A stretch of 7,594 nucleotides of DNA. It comes from a virus (lineage: Duplodnaviria > Heunggongvirae > Uroviricota > Caudoviricetes). Positions 6,426 through 7,594 of the stretch are shown here, piece after piece (the first letter of the stretch is position 1; every line of letters begins with the position of its first letter). The position numbers and the translations under genes were made by a program. The stretch lies in the IMG/VR virus record IMGVR_UViG_2778261094_000007. The stretch is one strand, 5' to 3'. A model generated the notes under the pieces. It searched no databases. It saw only the letters and a list, made by a program, of their open reading frames with translations, and had not been told where the DNA came from.

Positions 6426-6445
6426 ATTTCATTATATAATGAAAT
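6426..6445. promoter_or_regulatory. Perfect 20-bp palindrome atttcattat-ataatgaaat; candidate operator or protein-binding site
   Basis: Sequence equals its own reverse complement over 20 bp; lies 28 bp downstream of the 102-aa gene stop in the AT-rich spacer; related ttcattat repeated at 6466-6473. Confidence 0.3.
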
Positions 6446-6472
6446 TGTTATAAATGCAAATGATTTTCATTA

Positions 6473-6781
6473 TCACTTAGAAGAAATAGCACTTTTTGCT
6501 AAATCATCTACTAATTGCTGAATCTCTTCACTTGCAGCCTTTAACGTGCTGGCGGTGTCTGTGATGATTTGAGTGCACAGCCTGGCATCGTCCTCTGATA
6601 GCTCTAAATCGCTCACCAGAGAGATAAAATCGTCAAGGCTTACATTCACCTTCATTAAGCTAATAACGCATTGAGAGAGCGTGTAATCGCATAAATCTGA
6701 ATAGGCTTGATTTATTCTTGTTTGTAGTGAGATAGTCAGATCTAAAAGTTGTTCCATTGCATTGCTAATATCTTCTTCCAT
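6473..6781 (-). CDS. Small strongly acidic hypothetical protein, 102 aa
   Basis: ORF with AAGGAG ~10 nt upstream of ATG 6781; its start overlaps the stop of the upstream gene (TAATG, 6783-6779), indicating translational coupling; composition is strongly acidic (many D/E, few K/R). Confidence 0.7.
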   Translation of the reverse strand: MEEDISNAMEQLLDLTISLQTRINQAYSDLCDYTLSQCVISLMKVNVSLDDFISLVSDLELSEDDARLCTQIITDTASTLKAASEEIQQLVDDLAKSAISSK

Positions 6782-7026
6782 TATGCGGCTTCTCCTTGTA
6801 ATGCATCATTAATCATATTCAATACGATGTTAAAAGGTGTCTTGAGCGTCAGCACTTCATCACGATAACGCTCTAATGCTTCGTAGTCTTCTGTTTCTTT
6901 TGCCAGTCGGATTAACTCAGCATAGTTTTTTGCATCAGACAGGATCATCTGAAATAATTGTGTTTCTTGAATATAGCCAATCATTATTTTTCCTTTTTCG
7001 AATATTTTCATTGGGCGCTTATACAT
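6781..7026 (-). CDS. Small hypothetical protein, 81 aa (alternative start at ATG 6984 giving 67 aa)
   Basis: ORF inside the coupled operon; ATG 7026 has only a weak GGGTG upstream, whereas the in-frame ATG at 6984 is preceded by AAAAAGGAAAAATA, a strong Shine-Dalgarno resembling that of the capsid-cluster genes. Confidence 0.65.
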   Translation of the reverse strand: MYKRPMKIFEKGKIMIGYIQETQLFQMILSDAKNYAELIRLAKETEDYEALERYRDEVLTLKTPFNIVLNMINDALQGEAA

Positions 7027-7041
7027 ACACCCATCATTTTA

Positions 7042-7500
7042 TTAGTTAGAACGTTTGTTAGAAGCTAATGTATCTTCTAAATGAGCCATCAGATCGACTT
7101 CCGATGCACCACCTACACAATTATTGAAAGCGTTAAATCCCAAAAAATGATGATAGGAGCTAAACCCTAAAAGCTGCCAACGTTTCAGAGTGCCATCAGA
7201 AATGATAGTTTGTTTTCTTGTTCTTGGGCGAAAGTAAACGCCTGGCATTGACTGGATTATTTCTAATTCTTCATCGCTTAATTCAGGGGATTCTGCTTCA
7301 AGAATAAATATTATCTCTTCCCCTGGAATTTCGTTATTGGTGTGTGTCGGTGGACGTTGTCTTGTTGAATTGAAGTTACTGTTTTTTTCAATACGTTTTA
7401 AGTTATTACGTTTCTTTTTCCCATTTTCCCTCTTTTTATGTGGATTATAAAAACTTAATGTCATTGTTACGATGAATATCGCCATAAATGCATTTGCCAT
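7042..7500 (-). CDS. Hypothetical protein, 152 aa: N-terminal hydrophobic segment, Lys/Arg/Asn-rich linker, acidic stretch, C-terminal domain
   Basis: 459-nt ORF in ~30% GC DNA where stop codons are frequent; N-terminus AFMAIFIVTMTLSFY is hydrophobic (possible membrane anchor or signal), followed by KKRENGKKKRNNLKR. No clear Shine-Dalgarno before ATG 7500, so the start is uncertain. Confidence 0.55.
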   Translation of the reverse strand: MANAFMAIFIVTMTLSFYNPHKKRENGKKKRNNLKRIEKNSNFNSTRQRPPTHTNNEIPGEEIIFILEAESPELSDEELEIIQSMPGVYFRPRTRKQTIISDGTLKRWQLLGFSSYHHFLGFNAFNNCVGGASEVDLMAHLEDTLASNKRSN

Positions 7501-7594
7501 ATGTATTGCCCGATCTGGGTAATGACTCCAACTTATTGATAGTGTTTTATGTTCAGATAATGCCCGATGACTTTGTCATGCAGCTCCACCGATT

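Noticed and set aside
1-7594. CRISPR arrays, rRNA genes, IS elements with terminal inverted repeats
   Set aside because: No regularly spaced direct repeats, no rRNA-like conserved blocks and no transposase-like ORF were seen on either strand.

Overview
This 7.6-kb window reads as a compact phage-derived island, most likely a defective prophage remnant or a satellite-like capsid cassette rather than a complete phage. All product names are inferred from size, gene order, composition and motifs only; no homology search was possible. Left to right: (i) two adjacent palindromes and the catalytic domain of a tyrosine integrase with no N-terminal domain or usable start (243-806, + strand); (ii) a convergent hairpin terminator; (iii) a six-gene minus-strand cluster (5488 to 837) with a small protein, a 127-aa candidate head-decoration protein, a 343-aa candidate major capsid protein, a 65-aa protein, a 633-aa coiled-coil/glycine-zipper protein resembling a tape-measure or ejection protein, and a 218-aa Asn/Ser/Thr-rich protein; (iv) a ~0.95-kb very AT-rich, ORF-poor spacer (5531-6472) carrying a terminator-like hairpin, two micro-ORFs with plausible ribosome-binding sites and a perfect 20-bp palindrome; (v) a translationally coupled three-gene minus-strand operon of small proteins of unknown function (7500 to 6473). 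No terminase, portal, protease or major tail gene is visible. No rRNA, tRNA, CRISPR array or IS element was recognised.
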